Of a DNA stretch of 64,000 nucleotides, positions 29,735-41,938 are shown piece after piece (position 1 is the stretch's first letter; each line of letters begins with the position of its first letter). Source of the stretch: an uncultured Spirochaetota bacterium (GTDB lineage: Bacteria > Spirochaetota > Spirochaetia > SZUA-6 > Fen-1364); contig CAWGAA010000002.1 of the NCBI GenBank assembly GCA_963820525.1, forward strand, positions 256,001-320,000, in the 5' to 3' direction. The notes under the pieces are model-generated. The model was not told where the DNA came from and did not search any database. It saw only the letters and a list, made by a program, of their open reading frames with translations. The position numbers and the translations under genes are program-made.

Positions 29735-29760
29735 AGAAGCCCCGGCTCGCCGGGGCTTCT
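29735..29760. terminator. Intrinsic terminator hairpin between convergent genes
   Basis: AGAAGCCCCGGC-tc-GCCGGGGCTTCT perfect 12-bp inverted repeat. Confidence 0.75.
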
Positions 29761-29800
29761 CTATTCTCCACCCTTTGCGTTGCCGGCGTCACGCCGGCTT

Positions 29801-32407
<2,607 letters not shown>

Positions 32408-32565
32408 ATCTAGGGTAAGATACCCTGCGGGCAGTCCGCCGTCAAATACGCTGCCGGCGGCATCGTATCGATCGGCTGCTTGCCCGCGGGGAACCGCCGC
32501 TTGCGCTGCTGCGCCCGCGTCGTCAATTTCGGCGGGATCGGACTCCGGCGGGGGAAGCTCGACTC

Positions 32566-32826
32566 CTACGGTTCAGAATAATCCGGATACAGCTTTCGAG
32601 CGCAATCGGGGCACAGCCCATGAGTGAACTCCGCCTGGGAGTGGGCCGAGACGTATGCCTCGATCTGCTGCCAGTAGCCCGCGTCGTTTCTGATCTTCTT
32701 GCAGCTCGCGCAGATCGGAAGCAGTCCGCTCAAGGTCTTTACCTGCGAAAGGGCGCGGGAAAGGGCCTCCTCCCGCGCCTTTAAATCCCGGAAGAGAAGC
32801 CTTCCGGGGAAAGTCGCGGATGACAT
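32566..32826 (-). CDS. Small stand-alone Cys-rich putative zinc-binding signalling domain protein
   Basis: [27 protein letters not shown]....[20 protein letters not shown]; own TTGCGC-N16-TATACT promoter. Confidence 0.75.
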   Translation of the reverse strand: MSSATFPGRLLFRDLKAREEALSRALSQVKTLSGLLPICASCKKIRNDAGYWQQIEAYVSAHSQAEFTHGLCPDCARKLYPDYSEP

Positions 32827-32893
32827 GTCCCCTCCTCGTGCCCAGTATAGCCCGATTTGACAGACGCGCAAGCGTTCTCCTATACTGCACACG

Positions 32894-34258
32894 ATGGCTT
32901 CGGAGTTGTTTCCCGAGGGATTCCTCTGGGGCGCCGCCACCTCCGCGTATCAGGTGGAAGGCGCGGTTCGCGAAGGCGGGCGGGGCGAGTCGATCTGGGA
33001 CCGCTTCTGCGCCATCCCGGGAAAGATCGAGAATGGGGACACGGGGGAAGTAGCCGCCGATCACTACCATCGCTGGCGCGATGACGTCGAGAACATGAGG
33101 GACCTCGGGCTCGCCGCCTACCGCTTCTCCGTGGCATGGCCGCGGATCTTTCCCGATGGCAAGGGCAAGCTCAACAGGAAGGGCCTGGACTTCTACGCGA
33201 CCCTTGTGGACGCACTGCTTGCCGCCGGTATCGCTCCCGCCATCACCCTCTACCACTGGGACCTGCCGCAGGCGCTCCAGGACAGGGGCGGCTGGACCAA
33301 CCGGGACACGGCGCTGTACTTCTCGGATTACGCCGAAGCCCTCTTCCAGGCCCTGGGGGATCGCGTTTCTTCTTGGGTCACGGTCAACGAGCCGCAGGTG
33401 GCATCCTTTGTCGGTCATGCCTTCGGGGGGCATGCGCCGGGACTCACCGACTTCGCCGCGGCCGTGGCGGTCTCGGAGGAGCTGCTGAGGGCGCACGCGC
33501 TCGCCGTCGAGGCATATCGAGAGACGAGCCCCGCGAAGGGAAAGATCGGCATCAGCCTCAACCTCAATCCCGTCTATCCCTTTACGGACTCCTTAGAGGA
33601 CGCCGCCGCCGCCCGCCTTGCCGACGGCTTTCACAATCGGTGGTATCTCGATCCGGTTCTCCTGGGCATCTATCCCCAAGACATGCTTGACCACTATCGG
33701 CAGAAGCGTGTCGCCCCGAGGAGCGACGCAAAAGACCTGGAGGCTCTGAAACGGAACAAGCCGGACTTCCTCGGGATCAACTACTATTTCCCGCTTCGCA
33801 TCCAGAGGGTGGAGCCCCACCATCCGATGCTGGGGTTCGCCGGCGCCTCCATCCCCGGCTGCAGGAAGACCGAGATGGGATGGGAGGTGTATCCCGAGGG
33901 GCTCTTCGATCTCCTTCTCCGCGTGACCCGCGACTACGGGGAGATTCCGATCCGGATCACCGAGAACGGCGCCGCTTTTCGGGACGAGCCCGTGTCCCAG
34001 GGCCAGATCCAGGATGACGAGCGGATCGACTACCTGCGCTCCCACCTGCTGGAAGCCAGGCGCGCGATTGACGCCGGGGTGAAGCTGGAGGGCTATTACG
34101 TCTGGAGCCTCATGGACAACTTCGAGTGGTCCCACGGGTTTTCAAAGCGGTTCGGGCTCACCTTTACGGACTTCAGGACGCAGAACAGGACCTGGAAAAA
34201 AAGCGCGAACTGGTACCAGAAGGTTATCTCTACCCGGGGCGCATCCCTGAACGAGTAG
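32894..34258 (+). CDS. Glycoside hydrolase family 1 beta-glucosidase
   Basis: FLWGAATSAYQVEG, TLYHWDLP, catalytic TVNEP and ITENG, WSLMDNFEW. Confidence 0.96.
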   Translation: MASELFPEGFLWGAATSAYQVEGAVREGGRGESIWDRFCAIPGKIENGDTGEVAADHYHRWRDDVENMRDLGLAAYRFSVAWPRIFPDGKGKLNRKGLDFYATLVDALLAAGIAPAITLYHWDLPQALQDRGGWTNRDTALYFSDYAEALFQALGDRVSSWVTVNEPQVASFVGHAFGGHAPGLTDFAAAVAVSEELLRAHALAVEAYRETSPAKGKIGISLNLNPVYPFTDSLEDAAAARLADGFHNRWYLDPVLLGIYPQDMLDHYRQKRVAPRSDAKDLEALKRNKPDFLGINYYFPLRIQRVEPHHPMLGFAGASIPGCRKTEMGWEVYPEGLFDLLLRVTRDYGEIPIRITENGAAFRDEPVSQGQIQDDERIDYLRSHLLEARRAIDAGVKLEGYYVWSLMDNFEWSHGFSKRFGLTFTDFRTQNRTWKKSANWYQKVISTRGASLNE

Positions 34259-34350
34259 GGGCGGCCGGACGCCGCGAGCCGTGGGCCTGATCCCGCGCCC
34301 CTCGCTCGTGCCCGCCGAAAAGCACCCGCGCCCGCCGGAGCATGCCGACT

Positions 34351-35073
34351 TCAGAAGTGCCGTGCGCCGAAGGCGCGCAGAAGATCGTCGATCTCGACGA
34401 GGCCCTGTATCTTGAAAGGCTCGCCAAAGCGTTTTCCTATCAGCCTTCCGAAGTGCGCGGCCCTCGCCTGGAGGAGCTCCCAGAAGTGCTTGCTGGAAAT
34501 GTAGGTCTCGGCTTCGCCGCCCTTGTACGATTCACTGTAGACCTGGCTCTCGTAGCAGCGGATGGCCCGCTCTTTCTCCTCAATGAAATCTGAGATGTCC
34601 ACGACGAAGCTCGGCTCGAACTCCCAGGTGTGCATGTAAAAGACAAGCTCGGAGGGACGGTGCGGCTCCTGGCCCGTGTCCAGTCTGGTCAACCCGGCCA
34701 GGAACGCGGCTTCCTGCACGATGCGGGAGGCGGCGACATGATCCGGGTGGCGGTCTTCCCGCCAGTGGGAGAGCACGATCGTGGGGCGAAGCTCGCGGAT
34801 CTCGCGCACGACCGCCAGCCGGGAAGCTTCATCGTCGGCGAGGCGCCCGTCCGGAAGCGAAAGCATCTTGTGACGCAAGAGGCCCATGAGATCGGCGGCC
34901 CTGTCGAACTCAAGCGCCCTCTGCTCGACGGATCCCCGGGTGCCCATCTCGCCCCGGGTCAGGGTGACCACCGCCGTGGCCGCTCCCCCGCGGGCGGCCC
35001 TGAGAAGCGTTCCGCCGGCGGCAAGCTCGACGTCGTCGGGGTGTGCGCCGAACGCGAGAATGTCGACTTTCAT
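34351..35073 (-). CDS. bshB1: Bacillithiol biosynthesis deacetylase (PIG-L family)
   Basis: MKVDILAFGAHPDDVEL, LTRGEMGTRG, DRHPDH, FLAGL; overlaps bshC. Confidence 0.88.
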   Translation of the reverse strand: MKVDILAFGAHPDDVELAAGGTLLRAARGGAATAVVTLTRGEMGTRGSVEQRALEFDRAADLMGLLRHKMLSLPDGRLADDEASRLAVVREIRELRPTIVLSHWREDRHPDHVAASRIVQEAAFLAGLTRLDTGQEPHRPSELVFYMHTWEFEPSFVVDISDFIEEKERAIRCYESQVYSESYKGGEAETYISSKHFWELLQARAAHFGRLIGKRFGEPFKIQGLVEIDDLLRAFGARHF

Positions 35074-36698
35074 TCGGGCAGCCTCACGGCCCGATGCTCC
35101 GCGGCAAAGGGGTCGATTCGCCGATAGATGGAATCGATCACGGCCTCGCCGTATCGGGCCAGGAATGGGGGGAGGCAGAGGGTCCGCTCCTGAAGCCCGT
35201 TTCTGGGATAGAGGGAGGCGATGATGCGTTCAATCCGCGCGCGAAGCACCTCGTCCTTCCTTTTCGCCGCCTTGATGATCTTCCTCTCCATGAAATCAAA
35301 CTGCTTTCTGCTTCTGCCGGCGGCGTTCCGCGCCGTAGGCCTCAAGGTCTGCTCGAAAGAGCCCACCTCGTCGATCACGCCTCCCCAGATAGCGGCCACC
35401 TCGTCCTTTGCCTGGGAAAGCCGCTGGAAAAGCGATGGAGGGACTTCCTTTCTTGCCAGATCGTCGAGGAGCTTTTCCTTTCGCGATGCCACGTCCGCCA
35501 GGGTGGGGCCGAGCCTGTCGAGGAGCTTCCCCACCTTCGGCTCGATGATAGTGAGGGAAGCCCGCGGGAAGAGAACGGGCATCGGAATGCCTGTCTGCTG
35601 GTACGCTTCGGTGAGCTGGGAGAAGTAGGCGAGCTCCGCGGGCCCCAGGACCACCGCGGCGGTTGGAAAGAGGGTATCCTGGAACAGCGGCCTGAGTGCG
35701 GCATTGGGCGTGAGCTTTTCCGGATGCTCCTCCAGCACGGCCAGCATCTCGGCGCGGGACAAACGCCGCGAGTCGCCCTTGAGCTGGAATCCATCGGGGC
35801 TCACGACGATAGCCTGCCGTGCCGGGTCCTGGTAGAAAAGGGTGAGCATCCCCTCGCGAAGCTCGATCTGCGCCGGGTAGCCGCGCACGGCCAGGCGCTC
35901 CGTCTGCCTGATGACGGCGCGGGCTACGGGCCCGTCTTCCTCGATTTCGCCGCGGAAGAGGCTGGACGCGGCGAGCTTCAGACGCCGGTCCGACGGGTCC
36001 ACCATGGCGATTCCCCGGTCACTCAGGCAATGCTGCATCCATGTCCCGAAGGCGTGCGGGAAGGTGGAGCCGGGCGAGTAGGCCTTTCGAAGCCGGGCCA
36101 TCACCGGAGAGGCGAACTGGGAGCCGGCGAGCGCGGCATCCAGCGCGGCGAGGGCGTCATCGATCCCACCGCCAAGTGCGATCCGCGAGACAGGCAGGTT
36201 TTCGGTCAGCGAGAGCTCGAGAGGAATCTCTTGAAGCCTGCCCCCGGAGTCGAGCGCGAAGGCGCGATTCACTTCGGCGAGATCGCTGTCTTCCGATGCG
36301 ATCCAGAAGACGGGAACCACGGGGCAGTCCAGCGCGGACTCGAGGTGCGCGGCAAGGGCGAGGATCGTGAGCGCCTTGTTCAGGGTATAAAGGGGACCGC
36401 CGAACAGGCCGGCCTGCTGCCCTCCAATCACGACAAGGGATCGGGGATCGGCGAGCCTCTCGATGTTCTGTCGTGTGCGCGGGCCCGCGGAAAACCGCTC
36501 GTTCTGCTCCCTCATCACGGTAACGAGCGTTCCCCGGTCGTATCCCCTGCGGCGCACCAGCTCGGCCTGCTCCTGGAAGGCCCCGGGGTCCTTGAAGTGG
36601 CGGGGAACGAGAGACCGGAAGCTCTCCGCCGCCTCCCAGCAGTCCATGAGGATGCTCCTGCCCGGGTACAGCTCCCGCAGGGGAATGGAATCCGCCAT
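35070..36698 (-). CDS. bshC: Bacillithiol biosynthesis cysteine-adding enzyme
   Basis: GGQQAGLFGGPLYTLNK, FWIASED.D..EVN, PNAALRPLFQD, GPAELAYF, LQER. Confidence 0.92.
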   Translation of the reverse strand: MADSIPLRELYPGRSILMDCWEAAESFRSLVPRHFKDPGAFQEQAELVRRRGYDRGTLVTVMREQNERFSAGPRTRQNIERLADPRSLVVIGGQQAGLFGGPLYTLNKALTILALAAHLESALDCPVVPVFWIASEDSDLAEVNRAFALDSGGRLQEIPLELSLTENLPVSRIALGGGIDDALAALDAALAGSQFASPVMARLRKAYSPGSTFPHAFGTWMQHCLSDRGIAMVDPSDRRLKLAASSLFRGEIEEDGPVARAVIRQTERLAVRGYPAQIELREGMLTLFYQDPARQAIVVSPDGFQLKGDSRRLSRAEMLAVLEEHPEKLTPNAALRPLFQDTLFPTAAVVLGPAELAYFSQLTEAYQQTGIPMPVLFPRASLTIIEPKVGKLLDRLGPTLADVASRKEKLLDDLARKEVPPSLFQRLSQAKDEVAAIWGGVIDEVGSFEQTLRPTARNAAGRSRKQFDFMERKIIKAAKRKDEVLRARIERIIASLYPRNGLQERTLCLPPFLARYGEAVIDSIYRRIDPFAAEHRAVRLPE

Positions 36699-36818
36699 GG
36701 GCCGATCCTACTCGATACGGGATGGGAGCGCAATCTGCGGGATTCGCCTTGAAATGCGGCCGCTCACCGATATACTGATAGGAGATACCGCGCTTCGAGC
36801 GTGGAAGGAAGGTTTCAG

Positions 36819-38492
36819 ATGCGAAAAGCGTTGTCCCTCGCATGCCTGCTTTTCGTCCCCCTGGCCGCCGCGGCCATCGACGTCGATGTCGAGGAGCTGA
36901 AGAGCGCCGGGCAGAAGATCGAGTTCATCAACTATACGGGCCCCCTTTCGATCTTTCAGACCGATCTCGATATCCGGGGCATCGGCAGAAACATGGCCTC
37001 CCAGGTGGAAAGGGGATCGACCATTGCCCGGTTCCTCCTCAAGTACACCGCGATCCATGCCGTCGATTCGGCCGAACCCGACAAGCTCAGCGCCGATATC
37101 ATTTCCATCGACAAGGAGGCGACGGTCGATCACATCGACAACGTGAGGAGAATCGTCTCCGCCTATCTCGGCCGGCTCTACGCGTATCCCCGGAAGGACG
37201 CCGACCTCCTGGCGCTCTTCGTCTCTTACTACAACGCCGTGTATCGGGGAAACATCTCCTACTTCGGCGGCAAGTATAAAACGGTAGTCATGAAGAACCT
37301 GGCGGCAGAGCGGGTGGGCATCTCCACCAAGTACTATGAGTGGCCCGGCGCCACCCAGCTCGTCATCCCCCTCACCGAAAAGCCGGAGCGCGACGTGCTG
37401 GGCGCCTTGAGCACCGGGGAGCTCACCTCCAAGGGCGTCGCGGAGCAGCTCAAAGGCCGGCCTGACAAGGGCGTCGAGGAACGGAAGGCAATGACCGAGC
37501 TGAAGAGCCGCGAGGTTGAGAAGGGGCAGCAGAAGGTCAACGAGCAGGCCCAGGCTCTCGCCGCCGAGAAGGCGAAAACGGCCGAGCAGGAGGCCGCCCT
37601 CCAGCGGGCCAAGGCTGAAGCCGAGAAGAAGAAGGCCGAGGCCGCCGCATCCGTCGGACAGCCCGACGCCGGGCAGAAGGCAGCGGAGGCCAAGGCCGCC
37701 GAGGAAGCCGTGAAGACCCAGGAATCCCAGGTCGCGCAGGCAAAGGCGGAGCAGCAAAAGGAACAGGAGGCGATCGCCTCACAGCAGAAGGTGATTGAGA
37801 CCAAGAAAGAGGAGATCGCGGCGGAGAAGAAGGATATCCAAACGGACCAGAACGCCGTTCGCGCGCAGACCCAACCCGAAACCACGCAGGCGCAGCTGGA
37901 GAAGAAGAGCGCCGAGCTCGCGCAGCGGGAACAGGCCGTGACAAAGCGCGAGGAGGCCGCCCAAAAAGGGGAGACGGACGCATCCATCTACGCGGGCCTT
38001 TTGTACTACCTGAAGATCAAGGAGTACCTGACCGGCGGGCACTACAACAACGAGATCTATTCCATCAATGCGGCTACGGCCAAGATCGTGCAGAAGTCTC
38101 CCGTGGCCAACATCTGCGGCAGGAAGTATGACATCTTCCAGCAGGGCGTCGTGGTGATCACCTATAAGGGCGACCATCGCGCCGGGCATTACCTGGCCCT
38201 CCTGGACTTGAAGACGCTGGAACCCAAGGCGACAGGCTCGGACATGGTCTTCTGGAGGAGCTTCGTTGAGGTGCGGGACAACTTCATCTACGCGATCCTC
38301 AACAGGGACGACGCCTACTACCTGGGCAAGTTCGACTCCGATATGAAGGCGGTTGCCGTTTCCCGGGACAAGGTGGACCCCGATTCGTTCATCAGCTTCT
38401 TCGCCGACACGATCTACATCAACAGTGAGGACAAGAAGATCCTCGTTCTGAACAAAGGAGACCTTTCGACTACCGGAATCATCGAGCCGTGA
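36819..38492 (+). CDS. P83/100 family protein (spirochaetal)
   Basis: Signal peptide; IEFINYTGP, VDHIDNVRRI, YNAVYRG, Y.EWPG.TQ..IP; central K/E/Q/A-rich coiled coil. Confidence 0.8.
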   Translation: MRKALSLACLLFVPLAAAAIDVDVEELKSAGQKIEFINYTGPLSIFQTDLDIRGIGRNMASQVERGSTIARFLLKYTAIHAVDSAEPDKLSADIISIDKEATVDHIDNVRRIVSAYLGRLYAYPRKDADLLALFVSYYNAVYRGNISYFGGKYKTVVMKNLAAERVGISTKYYEWPGATQLVIPLTEKPERDVLGALSTGELTSKGVAEQLKGRPDKGVEERKAMTELKSREVEKGQQKVNEQAQALAAEKAKTAEQEAALQRAKAEAEKKKAEAAASVGQPDAGQKAAEAKAAEEAVKTQESQVAQAKAEQQKEQEAIASQQKVIETKKEEIAAEKKDIQTDQNAVRAQTQPETTQAQLEKKSAELAQREQAVTKREEAAQKGETDASIYAGLLYYLKIKEYLTGGHYNNEIYSINAATAKIVQKSPVANICGRKYDIFQQGVVVITYKGDHRAGHYLALLDLKTLEPKATGSDMVFWRSFVEVRDNFIYAILNRDDAYYLGKFDSDMKAVAVSRDKVDPDSFISFFADTIYINSEDKKILVLNKGDLSTTGIIEP

Positions 38493-38569
38493 TAGGTCAT
38501 CGAAGCCTGACCCGCCGCGGGGGCGCTTCCGCACTACCATCGGTGCGGCGCTTCTGTTAGATTGACTTC

Positions 38570-39133
38570 ATGCCCGAAATTCCTGTCTCCGACAGGCCGT
38601 CCGCGACAATTCCATCCCTGTTCTGGACCTTCCTGGTCATCTCCGGCCTGACGATCGGAGGAAGCTATGCGATGATCCCGATCATGGCGACGCGGATCAC
38701 CCGTCGGGGCTGGATGGATGAGCGATCCTTCTACGACCTCTTCGCCCTCGCGCAGGCCGTTCCCGGACCTACGACACTCACCACGGCCGTGCTCGTCGGG
38801 CAGCGGCTCCGTCGATTCCCCGGAGCGGCGGCGGCTTTCCTCGGCATCATGCTTCCCCCCGTGGCGGCAATCATCCTCGTCAGCCTGCTCTACCGCGCGG
38901 TGGCCCACAACCGAATCGTCCACGGTTTTCTCGAGGGCTCGTACGGAACGGTCCTCGGGCTGGTCGCTGCGCTGCTCATTCGGATGGTCAGGGGCCGCAG
39001 GTGGAGGATCCACGAGATCGTGCTGTCCCTGCTCTGCTTTGCGGCGCTCCTGGCGTTCAAGGCGTGGGCTCTGCCGATCGTGGTCGCCACGGTCGTCCTC
39101 GTACGGCTGGGAGCCGCCGTATGGAAATCCTGA
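38570..39133 (+). CDS. chrA: Short-chain chromate transporter subunit
   Basis: TIGGSYAMIP, AQAVPGP. Confidence 0.85.
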   Translation: MPEIPVSDRPSATIPSLFWTFLVISGLTIGGSYAMIPIMATRITRRGWMDERSFYDLFALAQAVPGPTTLTTAVLVGQRLRRFPGAAAAFLGIMLPPVAAIILVSLLYRAVAHNRIVHGFLEGSYGTVLGLVAALLIRMVRGRRWRIHEIVLSLLCFAALLAFKAWALPIVVATVVLVRLGAAVWKS

Positions 39134-39642
39134 CCCTCGCCTGGGCTTTCTTCAAGATCGGAGTCATCTCCTTCGGGGGCGGCTGGACGATTGTAGGCAT
39201 CATCCAGCGTGAGGTTGTGGAGCGGGGCTGGCTGTCTCCGAAGACGTTCGCGGATGTGATCGCAATCGCCCAGGTGACTCCCGGCCCGGTAGCGTTGAAC
39301 ACGGCGACGATGGTCGGGTTCCGCGTGTCCGGGCTCATTGGCGCTCTGGTGGCCTCCATAGCGGTCGTCACCTTCCCGATGCTTGCTGTCGCGCTCCTGG
39401 CCGTCCTGATACGCCGCGCGCGCATTGACGAGAAGAAGCTGAGCGATTCCTTCTGGGTAGCGACAGTCCCCCTGATAGCGACGACCCTTGTGACGCTGGG
39501 AATGGCGCCCTCCCTGGGCTGGCACATCTGGGTCATCGCTGCGGCAAGCTGCGCGCTCTCTCTGTTTACGAAGCTCGACCCCATTCTCATGATCCTTGGC
39601 TCGGGAGCCGTTGGGGCGATCATCGCCGCAGTGCGTCTCTGA
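39121..39642 (+). CDS. chrA: Short-chain chromate transporter subunit
   Basis: FFKIG..SFGGG, AQVTPGPVALNTAT.VG. Confidence 0.87.
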   Translation: MEILTLAWAFFKIGVISFGGGWTIVGIIQREVVERGWLSPKTFADVIAIAQVTPGPVALNTATMVGFRVSGLIGALVASIAVVTFPMLAVALLAVLIRRARIDEKKLSDSFWVATVPLIATTLVTLGMAPSLGWHIWVIAAASCALSLFTKLDPILMILGSGAVGAIIAAVRL

Positions 39643-39655
39643 ATGAACGGACTTC

Positions 39656-39798
39656 CGGCGGCCTCGCCTTCGGCGATCCCCAGGGCTCCCGGCGTCTCGC
39701 TTCGCTGCGCCGGCCTCTCGCAGGTTGCTGCGCAACCTGCTGCCGGCCTAGGCCTGCCGCCCTGGGGCCCCTGCCGTGGTTCGCCTCCGGCGAACCAC
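39656..39798. other. Highly structured multi-hairpin intergenic element
   Basis: Outer stem CCCCAGGGC/GCCCTGGGG encloses hairpins CCGGCG/CGCCGG and GCAGGTTGC/GCAACCTGC; flanked by TCGCC/GGCGA and a perfect 10-bp GTGGTTCGCC/GGCGAACCAC hairpin. Confidence 0.55.
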
Positions 39799-40991
39799 TA
39801 GAACTGCATATGACAGTTGATCAGCGCGAGGTCGGATTTGGCGAGCTTGTGGATCGATGAGACGAAGTAGATGCCGAGGTCCTTGCAGGCGTCCTTGAGG
39901 TAGGAAAGATAGTTGAGCCCCAGCTCCGTGTTGATCTGGTCGGTCTGGGAAGTCGACATGAAGTCGTGGAGGTTCAGCTCGACGATGTTGCTCGCCGTCT
40001 TTCTGGAGAGCTCGTCGAAGACCTTGTTGTAGCCGAACCCCTTGTTGAAGATCGAGACATTGAGCTTGTGCTTGGCCGCCGGGGTATTCGGGTTGTAGTT
40101 TATCCCCCAGATGAGGTAGGTCTGCTCGTCCTCCTTCTCCATCTCGCCGATGAGGCGCATGCGGAGGGCGGGGTTCTTCAGGAGCTGCCCCACGGTGATG
40201 TTCTTCTCGTAGCGGGCAGCCACGAACTGCAGCATGTTGAGGTTGCCGATATAGGCGATGAGCTCGATCAGCATCAGCGCCAGATACTCCGCGATGGGGG
40301 ATTTCTTGACGAAGGTGTCGAGCATCTCGCTGATGGCCAGGAGGAACTCCTTCTCCCGGCTCTTGGAGTAGACGAAGGAGACGAGAGACCAGGTATTGTG
40401 GTGGACGCTCTCCAGGTAGCGCAGGCACAGCTCCTTGCGCTCCGTCTTGTCCTCCTTCTCGATGGCGCGCGAAAGGTCGATCTGCTTGAACAGCGGCTCG
40501 AGAATGAAATTCTTGATCAGCTGGAACTCCTGCCCCGTCTTCACCGAGTCCGTCACGACCGCCGGCAGCTTCAGCATCGAGGTCTCGTTGATCTGATTTG
40601 TCGGGTTGCTCCGGTTCCACTGCTTGACGGTGTTCGTCCGCAGGATGGAGTCGAGCAGCTCCTTGTCGAAGCGGAAGAACAGGAGGTTCTGGGCGAGGAA
40701 TTTCGTGAGGTCGATGATCTCGGAGCGGTAGGAGAGGAGGTCGGGATTGGCCACTTCCATGCGCGAGATGTAGCCCAGCTTGAGCATCGCCCGCATGTTC
40801 TGGAGGCTGATCCCCTCCACCTTCAGGCCGTACTCCTCCTCCGCCTCCGCCAGGCGGATCTTGCCCAGCTTCTTGTTGCTCATGAGGAAGTAGCGCACGG
40901 CCACTTCCGTGAACGCGATCTTCAGGGGCATTCTCAGCACGCGGTCGACGTGTGCTGTGGGGCGCGAAGAGGGTATACTGTCCGCGGCCAT
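39798..40991 (-). CDS. Hypothetical protein, last gene of the partner-switching operon
   Basis: 397-aa ORF with host-like codon usage 12 nt downstream of the RsbW-like gene; C-terminal LMLIELI and ELGLNYL segments resemble degenerate HATPase boxes. Confidence 0.75.
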   Translation of the reverse strand: MAADSIPSSRPTAHVDRVLRMPLKIAFTEVAVRYFLMSNKKLGKIRLAEAEEEYGLKVEGISLQNMRAMLKLGYISRMEVANPDLLSYRSEIIDLTKFLAQNLLFFRFDKELLDSILRTNTVKQWNRSNPTNQINETSMLKLPAVVTDSVKTGQEFQLIKNFILEPLFKQIDLSRAIEKEDKTERKELCLRYLESVHHNTWSLVSFVYSKSREKEFLLAISEMLDTFVKKSPIAEYLALMLIELIAYIGNLNMLQFVAARYEKNITVGQLLKNPALRMRLIGEMEKEDEQTYLIWGINYNPNTPAAKHKLNVSIFNKGFGYNKVFDELSRKTASNIVELNLHDFMSTSQTDQINTELGLNYLSYLKDACKDLGIYFVSSIHKLAKSDLALINCHMQF

Positions 40992-41003
40992 CGAGGCGAC
41001 CTT

Positions 41004-41567
41004 CTAGTTTTCCTTCCCGTTTTCCGCGATGTCCATCCCTCGCTGCTTGTGGGGGAATATCTTCGAGAGGGCGATGCTGTTCCTCTTCTTGTTGAACACG
41101 ACCCCGCCGTCCCAGTATTCGACGGCGGCGAAGAGCGCGTTTCCCCCGTCGTGGTCGTCGCTCTTGATGGTGCGGAAAGAGATGTACTTCTCCATCTTCT
41201 CGAAATCCTGCTCCAGGAAGCAGCGGGTCCTCATTTTGTGGAACTCGTTCCACTTCTCAAGGTCCTTGAAGCCCTCCCCCTCGTCCTTCGCGATGAGGTG
41301 GGCGCTGGCGGCGTCGAAGAAGAACCAGACCCTCACCTTCTTGTTCATGTCGCATTTGTTGCCGTGCTTGATGGCGTTCTTGAGGATCTCGCTCACCTGC
41401 TGCTCCAGGAGGTTTATCTCACGGATCTCCGGCGGCGCTTTCTGGACAATGAGCAGGGTGAAGTAGCGGATCTGGCGGAAGTCGCTGGGGAACTCCTTGT
41501 AGAACATCCCCTTCGTGTTGAACAGGGGGCTCGATTCGTCGATCCGGATCTCTCTGATCTCTTCCAT
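41004..41567 (-). CDS. RsbW/SpoIIAB-like anti-sigma factor kinase (HATPase_c_2)
   Basis: SEILKNAIKHGNK, KDEGEGF, VVFNKKRN. Confidence 0.82.
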   Translation of the reverse strand: MEEIREIRIDESSPLFNTKGMFYKEFPSDFRQIRYFTLLIVQKAPPEIREINLLEQQVSEILKNAIKHGNKCDMNKKVRVWFFFDAASAHLIAKDEGEGFKDLEKWNEFHKMRTRCFLEQDFEKMEKYISFRTIKSDDHDGGNALFAAVEYWDGGVVFNKKRNSIALSKIFPHKQRGMDIAENGKEN

Positions 41568-41581
41568 GTGCAGATTCCCTT

Positions 41582-41926
41582 TCACTTGCGCGCGCCGATC
41601 AGGTTGAGCGCTTCTTGCTGGTTTTCCACGATGGGGAGAAAGCCGATGAGCTTCGTGAGCTCGATAACGCGGCGCACCGAGCCGTGGACGTCGGTGAGGA
41701 AGAAAGCGATCTTGTTGTTCTTGCACAGGGCGTAGCTGTAGATGATGGAGCCGATCCCGCTTGAGTCGATGTACTTGGTCTCCGCCAGGTTGATGATGAT
41801 GCCCCGCACAACCCTGCTCACGAGCTTCATCGTGAGCTCCTTCAACTTGAAGGCATTGTAGAGGTCGAGCTCCCCTTCGACCGCGATGATCGAACAGCCG
41901 TTTTCTTCCGTTATCTTGAGTTCCAT
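41582..41926 (-). CDS. STAS anti-sigma factor antagonist (RsbV/SpoIIAA-like)
   Basis: GELDLYNA, YIDSSGIG phosphorylation motif, VIELTKL. Confidence 0.92.
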   Translation of the reverse strand: MELKITEENGCSIIAVEGELDLYNAFKLKELTMKLVSRVVRGIIINLAETKYIDSSGIGSIIYSYALCKNNKIAFFLTDVHGSVRRVIELTKLIGFLPIVENQQEALNLIGARK

Positions 41927-41938
41927 CTCAACTCCCCT

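Noticed and set aside
37500..37970. Low-complexity repetitive DNA inside the P83/100 gene
   Set aside because: It encodes a K/E/Q/A-rich coiled coil expected for this family; no exact nucleotide tandem array.
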